The notes under the pieces were generated by a model. The model saw only the letters and a program-made list of their open reading frames with translations. It had not been told where the DNA came from and searched no databases. Below, one piece after another: positions 42,134 to 51,911 of a DNA stretch of 64,000 bases; the stretch's first letter is position 1, and each line of letters starts with the position of its first letter. A program made the position numbers and the translations under genes. The DNA is taken from the sequence record NC_023688.1; one strand, given 5' to 3'.

Positions 42134-42844
42134 TTAAGCCTCAGAGTTATAGATGGCGTTGGCGATTTGTTCCCAACTACCAACATTATGCTTGTTTCTC
42201 ATAGGCGCGTCAAGCTTTTTGTTTGAGCCACGCAAGATATGAAATTTCAGCTTGTCGGAGTGAAACACTCGATGAAACGATTCCAGATGATGATGCAGAT
42301 CGTCCACATAGCCGACAACGTTTTCCTCGCCATATTTCTCTTTTACATGACGAAACATCTTGCTTTTCGATTCGTGATGATCACAAGTCAAGATCTCTTT
42401 AAACGCATTAGGGAACAACACGTTGAGATTTGACATACGATTCACGCTAACCTGAAAATCAGCACCAATCGCAGTGGTAGCGACGAAATCATAATCCTTT
42501 TTCAGACGATTGATCCACAACAGAGCATCGTCATAAGCTTTAAGACCACGGAACCATTTGGAGTTGTTATACATCCGAATCAGATTTTCGCCATGCTCTT
42601 GATTGCATTGGAAGATCTCGCCTGCTTTGCGGAATCGTTCATCGATAATCAAGTCAATAACGACATCGGTCGGGATATTGTATTCTGCGCAAAAGAACGG
42701 CAGATTGGACGCCCAAGACAGCAACACGCCATCAACGTCGGTAACGATGATCTTTTTCTTAGATTGCAAGATCGTGTCGAGGTTTAAGGAACCTGACATC
42801 TTGACCAGTGGTTGAGTTTGAAATGGGATTGCCTTGTCTGTCAT
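42134..42844 (-). CDS. 30.2: gp30.2 HAD-family protein
   Basis: IVTDVDGVLLSWASNLPFF...YVDDL. Confidence 0.9.
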   Translation of the reverse strand: MTDKAIPFQTQPLVKMSGSLNLDTILQSKKKIIVTDVDGVLLSWASNLPFFCAEYNIPTDVVIDLIIDERFRKAGEIFQCNQEHGENLIRMYNNSKWFRGLKAYDDALLWINRLKKDYDFVATTAIGADFQVSVNRMSNLNVLFPNAFKEILTCDHHESKSKMFRHVKEKYGEENVVGYVDDLHHHLESFHRVFHSDKLKFHILRGSNKKLDAPMRNKHNVGSWEQIANAIYNSEA

Positions 42845-43013
42845 AAGTAACTACCATTGTTGATTGTAAAGTGAAATAAGTGACGATAATGTAATCAGTC
42901 ATATAGAGCGCGGTTTCTCCGCACTCATGTTTACCGGTATGAAATGAGTAGTATTCAAACGAACTAACCCAGTTTCCATTTACGCGAAAGTGAGACTCTA
43001 TCTTTTGTGACAT
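42759..43013 (-). CDS. Hypothetical protein (overlaps 30.2 start; uncertain)
   Basis: ORF track; fills gap. Confidence 0.5.
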   Translation of the reverse strand: MSQKIESHFRVNGNWVSSFEYYSFHTGKHECGETALYMTDYIIVTYFTLQSTMVVTYDRQGNPISNSTTGQDVRFLKPRHDLAI

Positions 43014-43327
43014 TTGTAAACGCTCCGCTTGTTACCGTGCATTGCCCAGAACGGAACTTCTGGAACAAGTTTGCAACTGAATTCCCGAGCTGGCTCATAC
43101 ATCAGACGGTCCAGATTTGCAAGCGATTGTGAAATCACGATCACTTTGTCTTCCTCGGCAAGTCGAATTTCGTCAACTCGATCCAGAATTTCATCCTCAC
43201 TGATTTCAAGATTAACAAAAGCAACTCTCAGATCTTCGTTTTCTTCGAGGATACGAACCAACTCGGCTCGCATTCCTATCCGTTCACCGCCACCAATAAT
43301 AGCGACCTTAATCGGTTCAGACGACAT
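42998..43327 (-). CDS. Hypothetical protein
   Basis: GAGG RBS; co-oriented. Confidence 0.65.
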   Translation of the reverse strand: MSSEPIKVAIIGGGERIGMRAELVRILEENEDLRVAFVNLEISEDEILDRVDEIRLAEEDKVIVISQSLANLDRLMYEPAREFSCKLVPEVPFWAMHGNKRSVYKCHKR

Positions 43328-43740
43328 AAAAATTCCTCTACAGTTAATATTGTTCGAAACGGGTCAGTGTGCCCGATAGAGTGAGATAATACAGCGTTTT
43401 TGGATTCTGTCAACGCTTTTCTGAAACTTTCGTTCTGCACGAACATTTCATCATAAGCGTTATCAAGCAAATTCTGGTAAGCTTCTGAGTGACGACTAAA
43501 CGGAACACCTTTCCAGTATAGCGTTTGATCGTTGTACCATTTCTTTTTAGCACCACGAAACTTAGCAGCAGTGCCACTCATAGCCGCAACTCGAATCTGT
43601 TTGTCCAGTTCTTGAAACTTGAGAGACTGCAACAGCCCCTCAATTCCACCACATTGAACATCATCAAACACAAACGAGTTATGAGCAAGATTCGACAACG
43701 CATTGCCAGGATATGGCGAGCTGATATGAATGTCTAGCAT
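43276..43740 (-). CDS. 30.3: gp30.3 NADAR-family protein
   Basis: YPGNALSNLA..FVFDDVQCGGIEGLLQSLK, LYWKGVPFSRHS, QNESFRKAL, TILTVEEF. Confidence 0.9.
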   Translation of the reverse strand: MLDIHISSPYPGNALSNLAHNSFVFDDVQCGGIEGLLQSLKFQELDKQIRVAAMSGTAAKFRGAKKKWYNDQTLYWKGVPFSRHSEAYQNLLDNAYDEMFVQNESFRKALTESKNAVLSHSIGHTDPFRTILTVEEFLCRLNRLRSLLLVAVNG

Positions 43741-43890
43741 GTTAACTCACTGTATAACAGCTTGGTCCGCGTCTTGGCTTGATTCAGAAGTGTTATTAAT
43801 GCATCTGTGCTCATTCGCGGCTGAATAACGCCAGAACGTCTCTGGCGTCGTCTGGCATGACGTTCAAGATCTTTGATCAGTCTAGCTAAC

Positions 43891-44466
43891 TTAGCCGTGT
43901 CGTTCATTGCCCGAGATCTCGATAATTTCGACTGGCTTACGATCTCGACCTAGACGTCCTAGTGCCTGTTGAACACTCATAACGCGACCATTCTCGACAT
44001 CATCGCGTGACATCTTGATCAGCTCAACGAGTGCTTTTTCTTCTCGTTCGGCATGAAGCTTTTCTACCAGTTCTTCGAAACCGATTCGTTCTTCACCAAC
44101 GCAGATTACCGCTGTTCCTTTAACAACACCATAATCAACGCCGATTGCCGGACTCAGAACCATTTCGTAATCATCGCTTTCGATATCGCCATCATACTCG
44201 CAGGTATACACCGGAACATCTGGGTATTTCAGCAGCATTTGAGCGAATTCGTGTGTGGTCATTTGCTTCTCAATCGGAGCGATGATCTCATAAACGGTAT
44301 TACGTGTGCGGAACCACATATCGCCGATTTCTTGAACGGTAGATGTCATGACATCGGTACCATTGGAAAAACGACCAGCTTTATCAGCGTAGATTTTACC
44401 GGTAGCACGATAACCGACTTTCGGGATAGAGCTGAGTACAATTTTAGCGTCAAAATTCATTTTCAT
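43891..44466 (-). CDS. Hypothetical protein
   Basis: GAGG RBS before ATG 44466. Confidence 0.7.
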   Translation of the reverse strand: MKMNFDAKIVLSSIPKVGYRATGKIYADKAGRFSNGTDVMTSTVQEIGDMWFRTRNTVYEIIAPIEKQMTTHEFAQMLLKYPDVPVYTCEYDGDIESDDYEMVLSPAIGVDYGVVKGTAVICVGEERIGFEELVEKLHAEREEKALVELIKMSRDDVENGRVMSVQQALGRLGRDRKPVEIIEISGNERHG

Positions 44467-44672
44467 TACCTCATTATCTTGTGGTACTTCATCAAATGCG
44501 TACCGAACGTATCTTGAATCCCTATGTAACAAACAAGTCCATAGAAGATCATGCCATACCCGAGAAAGAAACAAGTTTCATAATCGAGCTGTTTATAATA
44601 ACTGATACCAATCATAGCATTCACCAGAGCAAAGTCAATAGCAAATGCAAAAATAATTGTCAACGCTTTCAT
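44466..44672 (-). CDS. Small two-TM protein
   Basis: Hydrophobic segments; coupled to next gene. Confidence 0.6.
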   Translation of the reverse strand: MKALTIIFAFAIDFALVNAMIGISYYKQLDYETCFFLGYGMIFYGLVCYIGIQDTFGTHLMKYHKIMR

Positions 44673-44743
44673 ATTTTCACCATAAAAAATGGGGACAATC
44701 TTTCGACTGTCCCCATTTTACTAAACTTGATTCAGAGAGTCAA

Positions 44744-45172
44744 TCACTTACCGCGACGAACTTTCTTCTTTTCTACCGGTGCTGTAGTTGCTGCGCCAGT
44801 CGGGCGCGGTGCATGACGCTTGAACTTGAATTCAACGCGCTGAGTTTCGGCATCGACAATGCGATTTTGCTTACCGAGAACAACGGCATCGGCGTCTTTC
44901 ACGAACTTGTATACACGTTCGGCTTTACGAACAGCGCGAGTCAGAGCGACGTCCAGACGAGAATCCTTAGCGCCTTTCTTCGGGTTAACCGGACCAGTGT
45001 AGCCCCAACGAGAAGATTTGGCGGGGATCTTGGTCAGTGCAACTTTAGCGACTTCATCAGTCGGGTTAGCGGCAACATGACGCTCGATATCGCGAGCTTT
45101 GTTCTTAGCGAACAGACCAGTTGCTTTGTAGATTGCGAAGTGACCTTTACCGCGACGAGATTTCTTAGCCAT
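44744..45172 (-). CDS. Highly basic protein at the T4 30.9 position
   Basis: K/R-rich termini; AAGGA RBS; terminator 44689-44720 downstream. Confidence 0.75.
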   Translation of the reverse strand: MAKKSRRGKGHFAIYKATGLFAKNKARDIERHVAANPTDEVAKVALTKIPAKSSRWGYTGPVNPKKGAKDSRLDVALTRAVRKAERVYKFVKDADAVVLGKQNRIVDAETQRVEFKFKRHAPRPTGAATTAPVEKKKVRRGK

Positions 45173-45332
45173 TTTGAATTTCCTTTTGTATAGATTCGAT
45201 TAGTTGTTTAACAACGTCATCACCGAATTCAGTTTCGATGTTTTCGACGTCGAATGTCCAACGAGTCGTAAGCTTTCTAGGTTTAGCTTTAACAACGACT
45301 CGTTCGACTTTAAATGTCAGTGCTTGATCAGT
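45165..45332 (-). other. 55-codon start-less frame directly after and in frame with the rIII UGA (candidate readthrough extension); gp23-like peptide
   Basis: TGA ACT GAT CAA... gives TDQALTFKVERVVVKAKPRKLTTRWTFDVENIETEFGDDVVKQLIESIQKEIQNG*; no ATG/GTG/TTG; stop overlaps next start. Confidence 0.65.
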
Positions 45333-45617
45333 TCAGGACTTGAAGTAGTCTTTCAGTTCAGCGGTGATGCCGCGAACAACAGAGCTATCCAGTTCTTTAG
45401 CGAAACGCAGACCGTAGCCTTGTTCCATGTCCCACTGATTGATATACTCAACCATTTCTACCGCTTTTTTGTTTTTCGGCAGAGCGGACGCTTGTTCCAT
45501 AGCGATTGCCAGAACGTCAATAGATGCGCCTTGGTTTTCGTGACCGGCGTTCCACGCTTGACGTTGAGCAACAACAGAACCACGAACCAGAGTTTCTACA
45601 AAGTTTTTTACAGACAT
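45333..45617 (-). CDS. rIII: Lysis-inhibition accessory protein RIII
   Basis: QRQAWNAGHENQGASIDV resembles T4 rIII QRNAWNNGHENYGASIDV; follows gp31. Confidence 0.92.
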   Translation of the reverse strand: MSVKNFVETLVRGSVVAQRQAWNAGHENQGASIDVLAIAMEQASALPKNKKAVEMVEYINQWDMEQGYGLRFAKELDSSVVRGITAELKDYFKS

Positions 45618-45626
45618 TTTATTTCC

Positions 45627-46094
45627 TTACTTGCTTAGAAGTGTCAAAGATGATTTAAACGGTACTTCACTTTCTGCGACTGGCTTGCCGGCTGGGCAAC
45701 CATCATAGATCGTGCGGATTGCTTTATAATGCATAGTCACGAAGATTCGTGCATCTGTGCTATTACGTGGGATTAACCCGTATGCCATACGCGGATCAGG
45801 TACATTACTGTAAATGCTACCGCCTTGTGGCAATGCAACGTCTTTTCCCATTAACTCTTTGACGTTATCTGGACAAGCATCACCAATCGAAACAATCGTT
45901 CCATACAAAGGAATATCGCCTTGATTTCGTACACCCAAAATCAGACCAGCGTCAGATTTTAACTCCTCACCCTTTCTCGCAGCCGAACACTCAAGAACAA
46001 CTTGTTCATCGAATGCCTTAAACCCGAGTGTTGGGTCTTGACTATAAATCGAAACACGTCTTTTTTGTTCCGATGCGTTTTCAGTTTCACTCAT
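45627..46094 (-). CDS. gp31: Capsid co-chaperonin gp31 (GroES analogue)
   Basis: FKAFDEQVVL...GEELKSDAGLILG..QGDIPLYGTIVSIG...VPDP...HYKAI. Confidence 0.92.
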   Translation of the reverse strand: MSETENASEQKRRVSIYSQDPTLGFKAFDEQVVLECSAARKGEELKSDAGLILGVRNQGDIPLYGTIVSIGDACPDNVKELMGKDVALPQGGSIYSNVPDPRMAYGLIPRNSTDARIFVTMHYKAIRTIYDGCPAGKPVAESEVPFKSSLTLLSK

Positions 46095-46181
46095 TTATTC
46101 AATCTCTTATGAGACCAAACACACGTTGTTTCTAAGAACAACTCCCTGTTGTCTTCGTCTCGACAACAAATACATAATACA

Positions 46182-47171
46182 TCAATCTTGAACGATAGTA
46201 AACATGTTTTCGCACAATCTTACTTTTGTTTTAGAAAACATTATATCGAAGCAATCATTTAGACAATCGATGGGCAACGTCTCAGTAAATGACTTGAATG
46301 CGGTTTTGCTCACCACGCCTTTCTTACCGACGATTGAGTTTCGCATTTTATTGAATTCATTTTCGATTTCTAAAGGAAGATTTCCATCATTACAGTTCAA
46401 GTGATAGTGTGAGATCAGGTCGCACAATTTGGAAGATCTATGTTGTCTCAATCTAGAATCAAAATTGGCACAGATTCCATACTTGATGAATTTATTTTCT
46501 TCGTGTTTCCAAATCGTTATGTAGAAACAACCCGGCTTGGATTTATTGTATCCAGTATCAGCACACGCAGGACATCCATTCTTAGCGTTGATAAAATTCT
46601 CATACGCTACGTCCCATTTATATCCGCACACACAAGATAAAACAATCCTAGATCGTTTGTTCTTGTATTCTCCGCCTTCTATAGAAATAAACTTTAGATT
46701 TGATTCCTTACATCGGTCATGTATTTTACTCATGTAATCGGAACATCTATCCCGATTCGCATTATCTCTAATGCCGCACAATTTACAACCAGATTTCATA
46801 TAACCAATTAGACTATGAGTGGAAGTTTCCCATTCATATTCATCTACACAACATTTAAGGCGTATCTTTTGATCCGTATGCTCAATTGCATCATTTGAGA
46901 TTATTTTATATCGACCATTGGAAACTCTATTGATTAGGATTCTATACTGTTCGTTCGTGTATCTATGCGACTTGGCACATCCACACGGAATTTTATTCCG
47001 AATTATGTCAGACTTCAACTGTTCGAACACAGCATCACCAAATAACTCCGGATCTTGCGAGCATACGGAACACTTAACCAAATACAACTTATTTCTATGT
47101 TGTTTTCTTTCTGAAATGCCAACGACGGTTAGATTACCGTCGTTGAACTTTTGACCTATTAGTGGATCCAT
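46182..47171 (-). mobile_element. Hef-like homing endonuclease (Zn-ribbon repeats plus C-terminal GIY-YIG-like domain)
   Basis: Several CxxC; CPAC..GYNKSKPG.FYI....KYGI....SRLRQH...IENEF...TET; lies between 31.1 and 31. Confidence 0.75.
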
Positions 47172-47500
47172 TAAATTCGAATCAGATCTTCGATTTTCAG
47201 AGAACCGATAGAGATCAGTTTCTTGAGTTGGAAGCTACGCCACTCTTTGGTACCGACTTCATAGAATCGGCAGCTTTCGAAGCTTTCGCGACGAACTACA
47301 GATGGCTTTGTTTCTTTCTCGAACAGCTCTTTGCTGAGTTCGGCGGAGATCAGTCGCTCGTTCAGTGATGCTTGAGCAACACGAATAGAGCCGTCTACTT
47401 TTTCGAACACCACTTGATGTTCACCCAGACGCAGAATTGCTTCTACGCAACGTTTTACGATTACTTTTTCGTTTTCGGTCAGGTCTTCCCATTTTCTCAT
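47171..47500 (-). CDS. 31.1: gp31.1-like SH3-fold protein
   Basis: ILRLGEHQVVFEKVDGSIR...FYEVGTKEWRSFQLKKLISI. Confidence 0.85.
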   Translation of the reverse strand: MRKWEDLTENEKVIVKRCVEAILRLGEHQVVFEKVDGSIRVAQASLNERLISAELSKELFEKETKPSVVRRESFESCRFYEVGTKEWRSFQLKKLISIGSLKIEDLIRI

Positions 47501-47781
47501 TTTTTCAGTTCCTTACAGGTTTTGTCAGTTGTTTCGGTTTCTTTCATCCAGCCGGCATCGTCAGAATAGAAGAACGTTGCATTCGTCGGTGACGGTGCGA
47601 ACTGTGATTTCTCAATATGAACAACCTGGCCCTTATAGGTGACGTTGCAATCAACATCAGTAACAACCACATTGCTCATGTATTCGGATGCGGCAGGCAT
47701 CGCCATAGCGACTACGGCAACAGCGAACATGATCTTCTTAGTACGCTTGCTAAATTCAAATTCAATCTTAGGCAGAATCAT
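47497..47781 (-). CDS. Hypothetical protein with N-terminal hydrophobic segment
   Basis: Coupled ORF. Confidence 0.65.
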   Translation of the reverse strand: MILPKIEFEFSKRTKKIMFAVAVVAMAMPAASEYMSNVVVTDVDCNVTYKGQVVHIEKSQFAPSPTNATFFYSDDAGWMKETETTDKTCKELKK

Positions 47782-48326
47782 TCTATACGTTTCCTTTTGG
47801 ATAAAACTTTTTCCCAGTTTAGCATGTTCAGATACTTCTTGTCAATCTTAATCACTTTGACACCGCATCGAGTTAAGATTTCTGCCCAATCGGCATTTGA
47901 CCCGTTGTAATCTTCGCAGTAAACCAGCGTTTTGATTTTTGCTTGTGCGATAGTCTTTGCACACTCAGGACAGGGAGCCATAGTGCAATACATAGTAGCA
48001 CCTTCGATTGGCTTGCCGCTGTTTGCTGCAAATAGAATCGCGTTCATTTCGGCATGAATAACGTTTGACTTTGCCCAAGCGGAGTATTCGTCCGACTTGT
48101 CTTGTCTCAGTCGCAATTCAGTACCAACTCCGGGGACATTTACATACTCGGCCCAACCATTTTCTTCTGCGACTTCATCACAGTTAGGTTGACCAGAGAT
48201 TGTCCCGTTGTAACCGCTACTGATAGGACGATCATCTTTGGAAATAATCGCACCGACTCGATAGCTTACACATTTGCTCTCTTGTGCGACAAGAAAAGCT
48301 TTTTGCAAAAAAGTAGTTGTCTTCAT
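47778..48326 (-). CDS. cd: dCMP deaminase
   Basis: SKCVSYRVGAII, GYNGT, IHAEMNAI, PCPECAK. Confidence 0.97.
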   Translation of the reverse strand: MKTTTFLQKAFLVAQESKCVSYRVGAIISKDDRPISSGYNGTISGQPNCDEVAEENGWAEYVNVPGVGTELRLRQDKSDEYSAWAKSNVIHAEMNAILFAANSGKPIEGATMYCTMAPCPECAKTIAQAKIKTLVYCEDYNGSNADWAEILTRCGVKVIKIDKKYLNMLNWEKVLSKRKRIE

Positions 48327-48697
48327 TTTACAGGGTTCGGATCAATAATGATAGAGTCTACCGCAACTTTAATCACGATGTTTTGATCTTTGAATAACAG
48401 TTTACTCATTCGTTCAAACAAAGGCATGTTGTCTCTGAGGATAGCCTCATGCTTGATAACGTGCCAATGAGCATTTCGACATTGATAATCAGACCATGCT
48501 TCACGAGCAATGTCAAGACACACGCCGAGTTCTTTGGCAACAATTCGCTGCTTCAACTCAATCCAGAAACCAGTGTTATATAGTTTGAGCGTAGGATTAC
48601 CACCCTTGCCAAATGTAATACCACCGCCAACTGCAATCAGTTTCTTGTGTTCGGTATCATAAAAAGCATAGTTGCCCTTTAAATCAATCGTTTCCAT
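48323..48697 (-). CDS. Hypothetical protein
   Basis: Coupled ORF. Confidence 0.65.
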   Translation of the reverse strand: METIDLKGNYAFYDTEHKKLIAVGGGITFGKGGNPTLKLYNTGFWIELKQRIVAKELGVCLDIAREAWSDYQCRNAHWHVIKHEAILRDNMPLFERMSKLLFKDQNIVIKVAVDSIIIDPNPVK

Positions 48698-48954
48698 TAA
48701 ATGTCCTTCGGTGGAAATTGTGGTAGATCACCAATACACCAATCGATTTTATCGCCAACATACCAGACGGTATAAATGACAGATTGATATCCAACCATGC
48801 CGTTATGCATTGGCATCGGAACTCTCACCTGAAATGAATATTCATCCGGTCTAGTTTTAGAGTAACCAAACTGAATCCCGCGACTACCGTATTCGGAAGC
48901 AAGAACTGGGATCAGTTTCGTCTCAATTTCAGTCTCGAACTGTGTAGGAGTCAT
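48697..48954 (-). CDS. Hypothetical protein
   Basis: Coupled ORF. Confidence 0.65.
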   Translation of the reverse strand: MTPTQFETEIETKLIPVLASEYGSRGIQFGYSKTRPDEYSFQVRVPMPMHNGMVGYQSVIYTVWYVGDKIDWCIGDLPQFPPKDI

Positions 48955-49238
48955 CTAGTTTTTCCAAATGTCAGTTTAGTAACACTCTCGATCATCATAG
49001 TATCAAGCATTCGTTTGATACGTCTGGAATCATCGAGTGAAATTGGTTTATGCTTTTCTTTCCCAAAGAAAGATTTGCCTTGAAACTCGCCTTTCTCGAT
49101 CAACTCGATTAGCTTAGGTACAAGTATAGCACCTTCATAAGTTTTTGCAAGCTCTTTCGTCTTAAAAATGCAAGCTCGTCCATCTTGCAAGACAACCGAG
49201 CGGCGCTGATTGTCATCAAAATATGTTATAGCGTACAT
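48951..49238 (-). CDS. Hypothetical protein
   Basis: AAGGAG RBS. Confidence 0.65.
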   Translation of the reverse strand: MYAITYFDDNQRRSVVLQDGRACIFKTKELAKTYEGAILVPKLIELIEKGEFQGKSFFGKEKHKPISLDDSRRIKRMLDTMMIESVTKLTFGKTR

Positions 49239-49311
49239 AAATTCTCCTTGTTTCTTTCTATGTTATCACACGAATAGCACAGAAGAAACAAGGGGATTTC
49301 TCCCCTTGCTA

Positions 49312-50229
49312 TTAGAAGTTGGACTCTTGAACTTCCCAGCACTCCAGACCCAGCGAGCGCCACATATCAACTACCTTTTTGCGATCATCTACGGCATACA
49401 GCACGTTGAATTTCGGTGCGATGTCTCGGAAGAAGATTTCTTTCTTGATAACATCATCGGGACGTTGATCTCCTGCTTCACGCTGGAAGTGAAAATCACA
49501 CGGCATACCGACTTTCTTGTACCACTCTGCGGTGGCATCTTTACAACAGCCATCACGACCACTCAGGTTGATGATAGTTACACCACGCGCTTTCAGATCT
49601 TTAGCGTGATTGATTACGTTATACTTCGGCAGATCTTGACCGACTTTATCCCACTCAAACGGACCACGACCTACCATATGAGCGGTAGTGCCATCAGTGT
49701 CAAACATCACGGCGTTAGGCAGCGAGGTAGACGGTTGATAGATCTCAGAATCAGCACTAAAATCCGGGATATACGAAGTATGAACTTCGGCATTAAACTG
49801 ATCAACGAATTGATCATGCATTACTTTGACGCGATCAGCATCGAGTTTCCACGGACCGCGAGTCTTGTTACGAGTCAGCAGTTCATCCAGTTCAACGTTG
49901 AACCAGAGTTCGCGGTACTCATAACCAACGCTCTCAGCGTAATCCTGCCACATCTTACGATAGACCGGACTGAGGTTAGTATCAGAGATAATAACGTCTT
50001 TCTTGACATCAACAGCAGCTTGCACAGCGGCTTTGTTCACAGTGGTGACCAGATTTTCGCGATCATTGTTGAACTTGTATTCACCCCAGCTTGCAGCAGC
50101 AAACAGAGCTTTACGAGTGTTGTCGCGATTGACTTCAACCAGCATACCACGAGATTTCTTTACTTCACTTTTAGCGTAGGTACTTTTCCCAGAAGAGGAT
50201 GCACCCACGGTCAGTTCGATATACGGCAT
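49312..50229 (-). CDS. pseT: Polynucleotide 5'-kinase/3'-phosphatase
   Basis: GASSSGKST, VNRDNTR, ISDTNL, FDTDGT, LSGRDG, VDDRKKVVDMWR..G. Confidence 0.97.
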   Translation of the reverse strand: MPYIELTVGASSSGKSTYAKSEVKKSRGMLVEVNRDNTRKALFAAASWGEYKFNNDRENLVTTVNKAAVQAAVDVKKDVIISDTNLSPVYRKMWQDYAESVGYEYRELWFNVELDELLTRNKTRGPWKLDADRVKVMHDQFVDQFNAEVHTSYIPDFSADSEIYQPSTSLPNAVMFDTDGTTAHMVGRGPFEWDKVGQDLPKYNVINHAKDLKARGVTIINLSGRDGCCKDATAEWYKKVGMPCDFHFQREAGDQRPDDVIKKEIFFRDIAPKFNVLYAVDDRKKVVDMWRSLGLECWEVQESNF

Positions 50230-50231
50230 TT

Positions 50232-50726
50232 TTAACCCTTATTTATCAGTTCTACCAGATAAGGCACGATTTCATCATGCTTTACGTTTTTGCTATGTTT
50301 ACCATGCATTCCGAACATCCGATTATACGGAGTTTGATCGTTCAGGTAAACCACTTTTTCATTTTCTTTATAGACGACATAGAATTGATAGCATCCAACT
50401 CGGATATAAAGATTGTTGATTCTAACTTCCACAGAGTTTTCACCGAATGCGTCGCGAACATCTTTTGCGATCTGCATCTTATCGGTGATTTCGTCAAACT
50501 CTTGTGCGCCGTCATTACTAAAGATTCGTTCACAGTAATAATCCTTGCCGTCTTGAACCTCTAGTTCAATGCAGTGAGAATCATAATACCCATGTTCGTC
50601 ATCTTCTAACTCTTGTTCGAGTTTGTCAATTGCTTTCAAAACTGTATCACGCTCGAATTCGATCTCAACGTCTGTGATGTCGAATCTAGCCTGATCTTCC
50701 TCAAAAGCGTTCAGTGTGGCTTTCAT
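50232..50726 (-). CDS. Hypothetical protein
   Basis: AAGGAG RBS before ATG 50726. Confidence 0.65.
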   Translation of the reverse strand: MKATLNAFEEDQARFDITDVEIEFERDTVLKAIDKLEQELEDDEHGYYDSHCIELEVQDGKDYYCERIFSNDGAQEFDEITDKMQIAKDVRDAFGENSVEVRINNLYIRVGCYQFYVVYKENEKVVYLNDQTPYNRMFGMHGKHSKNVKHDEIVPYLVELINKG

Positions 50727-50805
50727 TATACAGTCTCCTTTTGACTTTGCAAGACAACTTAACAAATTATATTGAAAAGTCAGGCAGTTTCCTGCCTGAA
50801 ACTTC

Positions 50806-51327
50806 TTACTCAGCGATACAATCACAATTCTGCAACTTGCGCATGTTCGCCTTTACTTTGGCTAAGTACGTTTGACCGTCTTTGCCTCGGTAGTTAAAAC
50901 CGGCGTTATATGAAGCAATGATCTTGCTCCAAGCTTTCTTACCGTGAACTTCTTGCCAATACTTGAGGTTCATTTCGGTCATGGATGCAGACAATTCCAT
51001 GTTTTCAATCAGACCCTTTTTCAAGTCTCTGATCTGCTTGGCAGACATCTTGTAACCAAGCTTTTTCTCCAGTCCTCGAACGGTGTAATGAAGATTATTC
51101 TGAAACACCCCGTAGTCACCCGAAACATTGTTTACGAGATCTTCGCCTGCTTGGCTTTCGGTTAAAGCGATGGCAGCAAATGTCATGCCGTAATCCATAC
51201 TCTGACCTAGTTCATATGCACGATTAACAACATAACGTTGGTTATCGTTGAGATCCAGCTTTGTTGATGCGCTGGCATTTGCGAAACCACAAACGAGTAG
51301 TAACGCGATACAGATTTTCTTTAACAT
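50806..51327 (-). CDS. Secreted lytic transglycosylase (SLT)-like protein, T4 vs.1 type
   Basis: Signal peptide; AIALTESQAG, DYGVFQNN, IASYNAG. Confidence 0.8.
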   Translation of the reverse strand: MLKKICIALLLVCGFANASASTKLDLNDNQRYVVNRAYELGQSMDYGMTFAAIALTESQAGEDLVNNVSGDYGVFQNNLHYTVRGLEKKLGYKMSAKQIRDLKKGLIENMELSASMTEMNLKYWQEVHGKKAWSKIIASYNAGFNYRGKDGQTYLAKVKANMRKLQNCDCIAE

Positions 51328-51470
51328 TTTCTTCCTCTATTTGTTTGGAATAGAAAGATACCTTTTTCTATGCACTTCCTTTGTTGATTGTTGACGACGA
51401 TTTATGAGTAGTATACTCGGGTAAAATCAGATTGCAAGAAGTTTTTCGCCAAATGTTCAAGATGGTACAA

Positions 51471-51590
51471 ATAGTAAACTCTCCTAGGAAGTCGCGTCAG
51501 CGACTGCGGAGCTAACTCGTTGATATCATTAAAGAAGAGAAGATAGATCTTCATTAAAGGTATATAAGGAACTTTATCTTCTCTTCTTTT
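51471..51590. repeat. Dispersed ~120-bp palindrome-rich element, copy 2
   Basis: Near-duplicate of 11470-11590, same orientation, intergenic. Confidence 0.9.
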
Positions 51591-51623
51591 AACATTTAGC
51601 TCGCTACGCTCGCAGTCTACGAC

Positions 51624-51911
51624 TTACTTCTGACAATTTTCTTCTTTCAGATCTTTTCTATAATGACAAATCATTTCGTTTTGCTTCTGAATGTAGTTGA
51701 ACACTTTCTCCAACCAGATTCGGTATCTCACTGAGTCGTCATAGCTCATTGCCACATACGATTTGCCATCATCAATAATTACTCGCCATTCGGGTCGATA
51801 CGTTTCGACTACTTCTGGACGAGGTGGGTGATAGACTACTGGCTTAATCTCTTGCTGATGTTGAGCACAACCACCAAGCAACAGCGTTAACCCTAGTACA
51901 GCATACTTCAT
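51624..51911 (-). CDS. Outer-membrane spanin (Rz1-like, pseT.2)
   Basis: Lipobox LLGGC; ...RIWLEKVFNYIQKQNEMICHYRKDLKE..C. Confidence 0.85.
   Translation of the reverse strand: MKYAVLGLTLLLGGCAQHQQEIKPVVYHPPRPEVVETYRPEWRVIIDDGKSYVAMSYDDSVRYRIWLEKVFNYIQKQNEMICHYRKDLKEENCQK

Noticed and set aside
43276-43740. T4-style overlapping gene 30.3' inside 30.3
   Set aside because: No convincing same-strand alternate frame with an RBS was seen
49210-50235. 341-aa plus-strand ORF antisense to pseT
   Set aside because: Exact shadow of a well-conserved gene; no RBS or motifs; explained by codon bias
50722-50752. TTGCAA-17-TATAAT promoter-like match
   Set aside because: The -10 box overlaps the ATG and the spacer contains the RBS, so it may be coincidental
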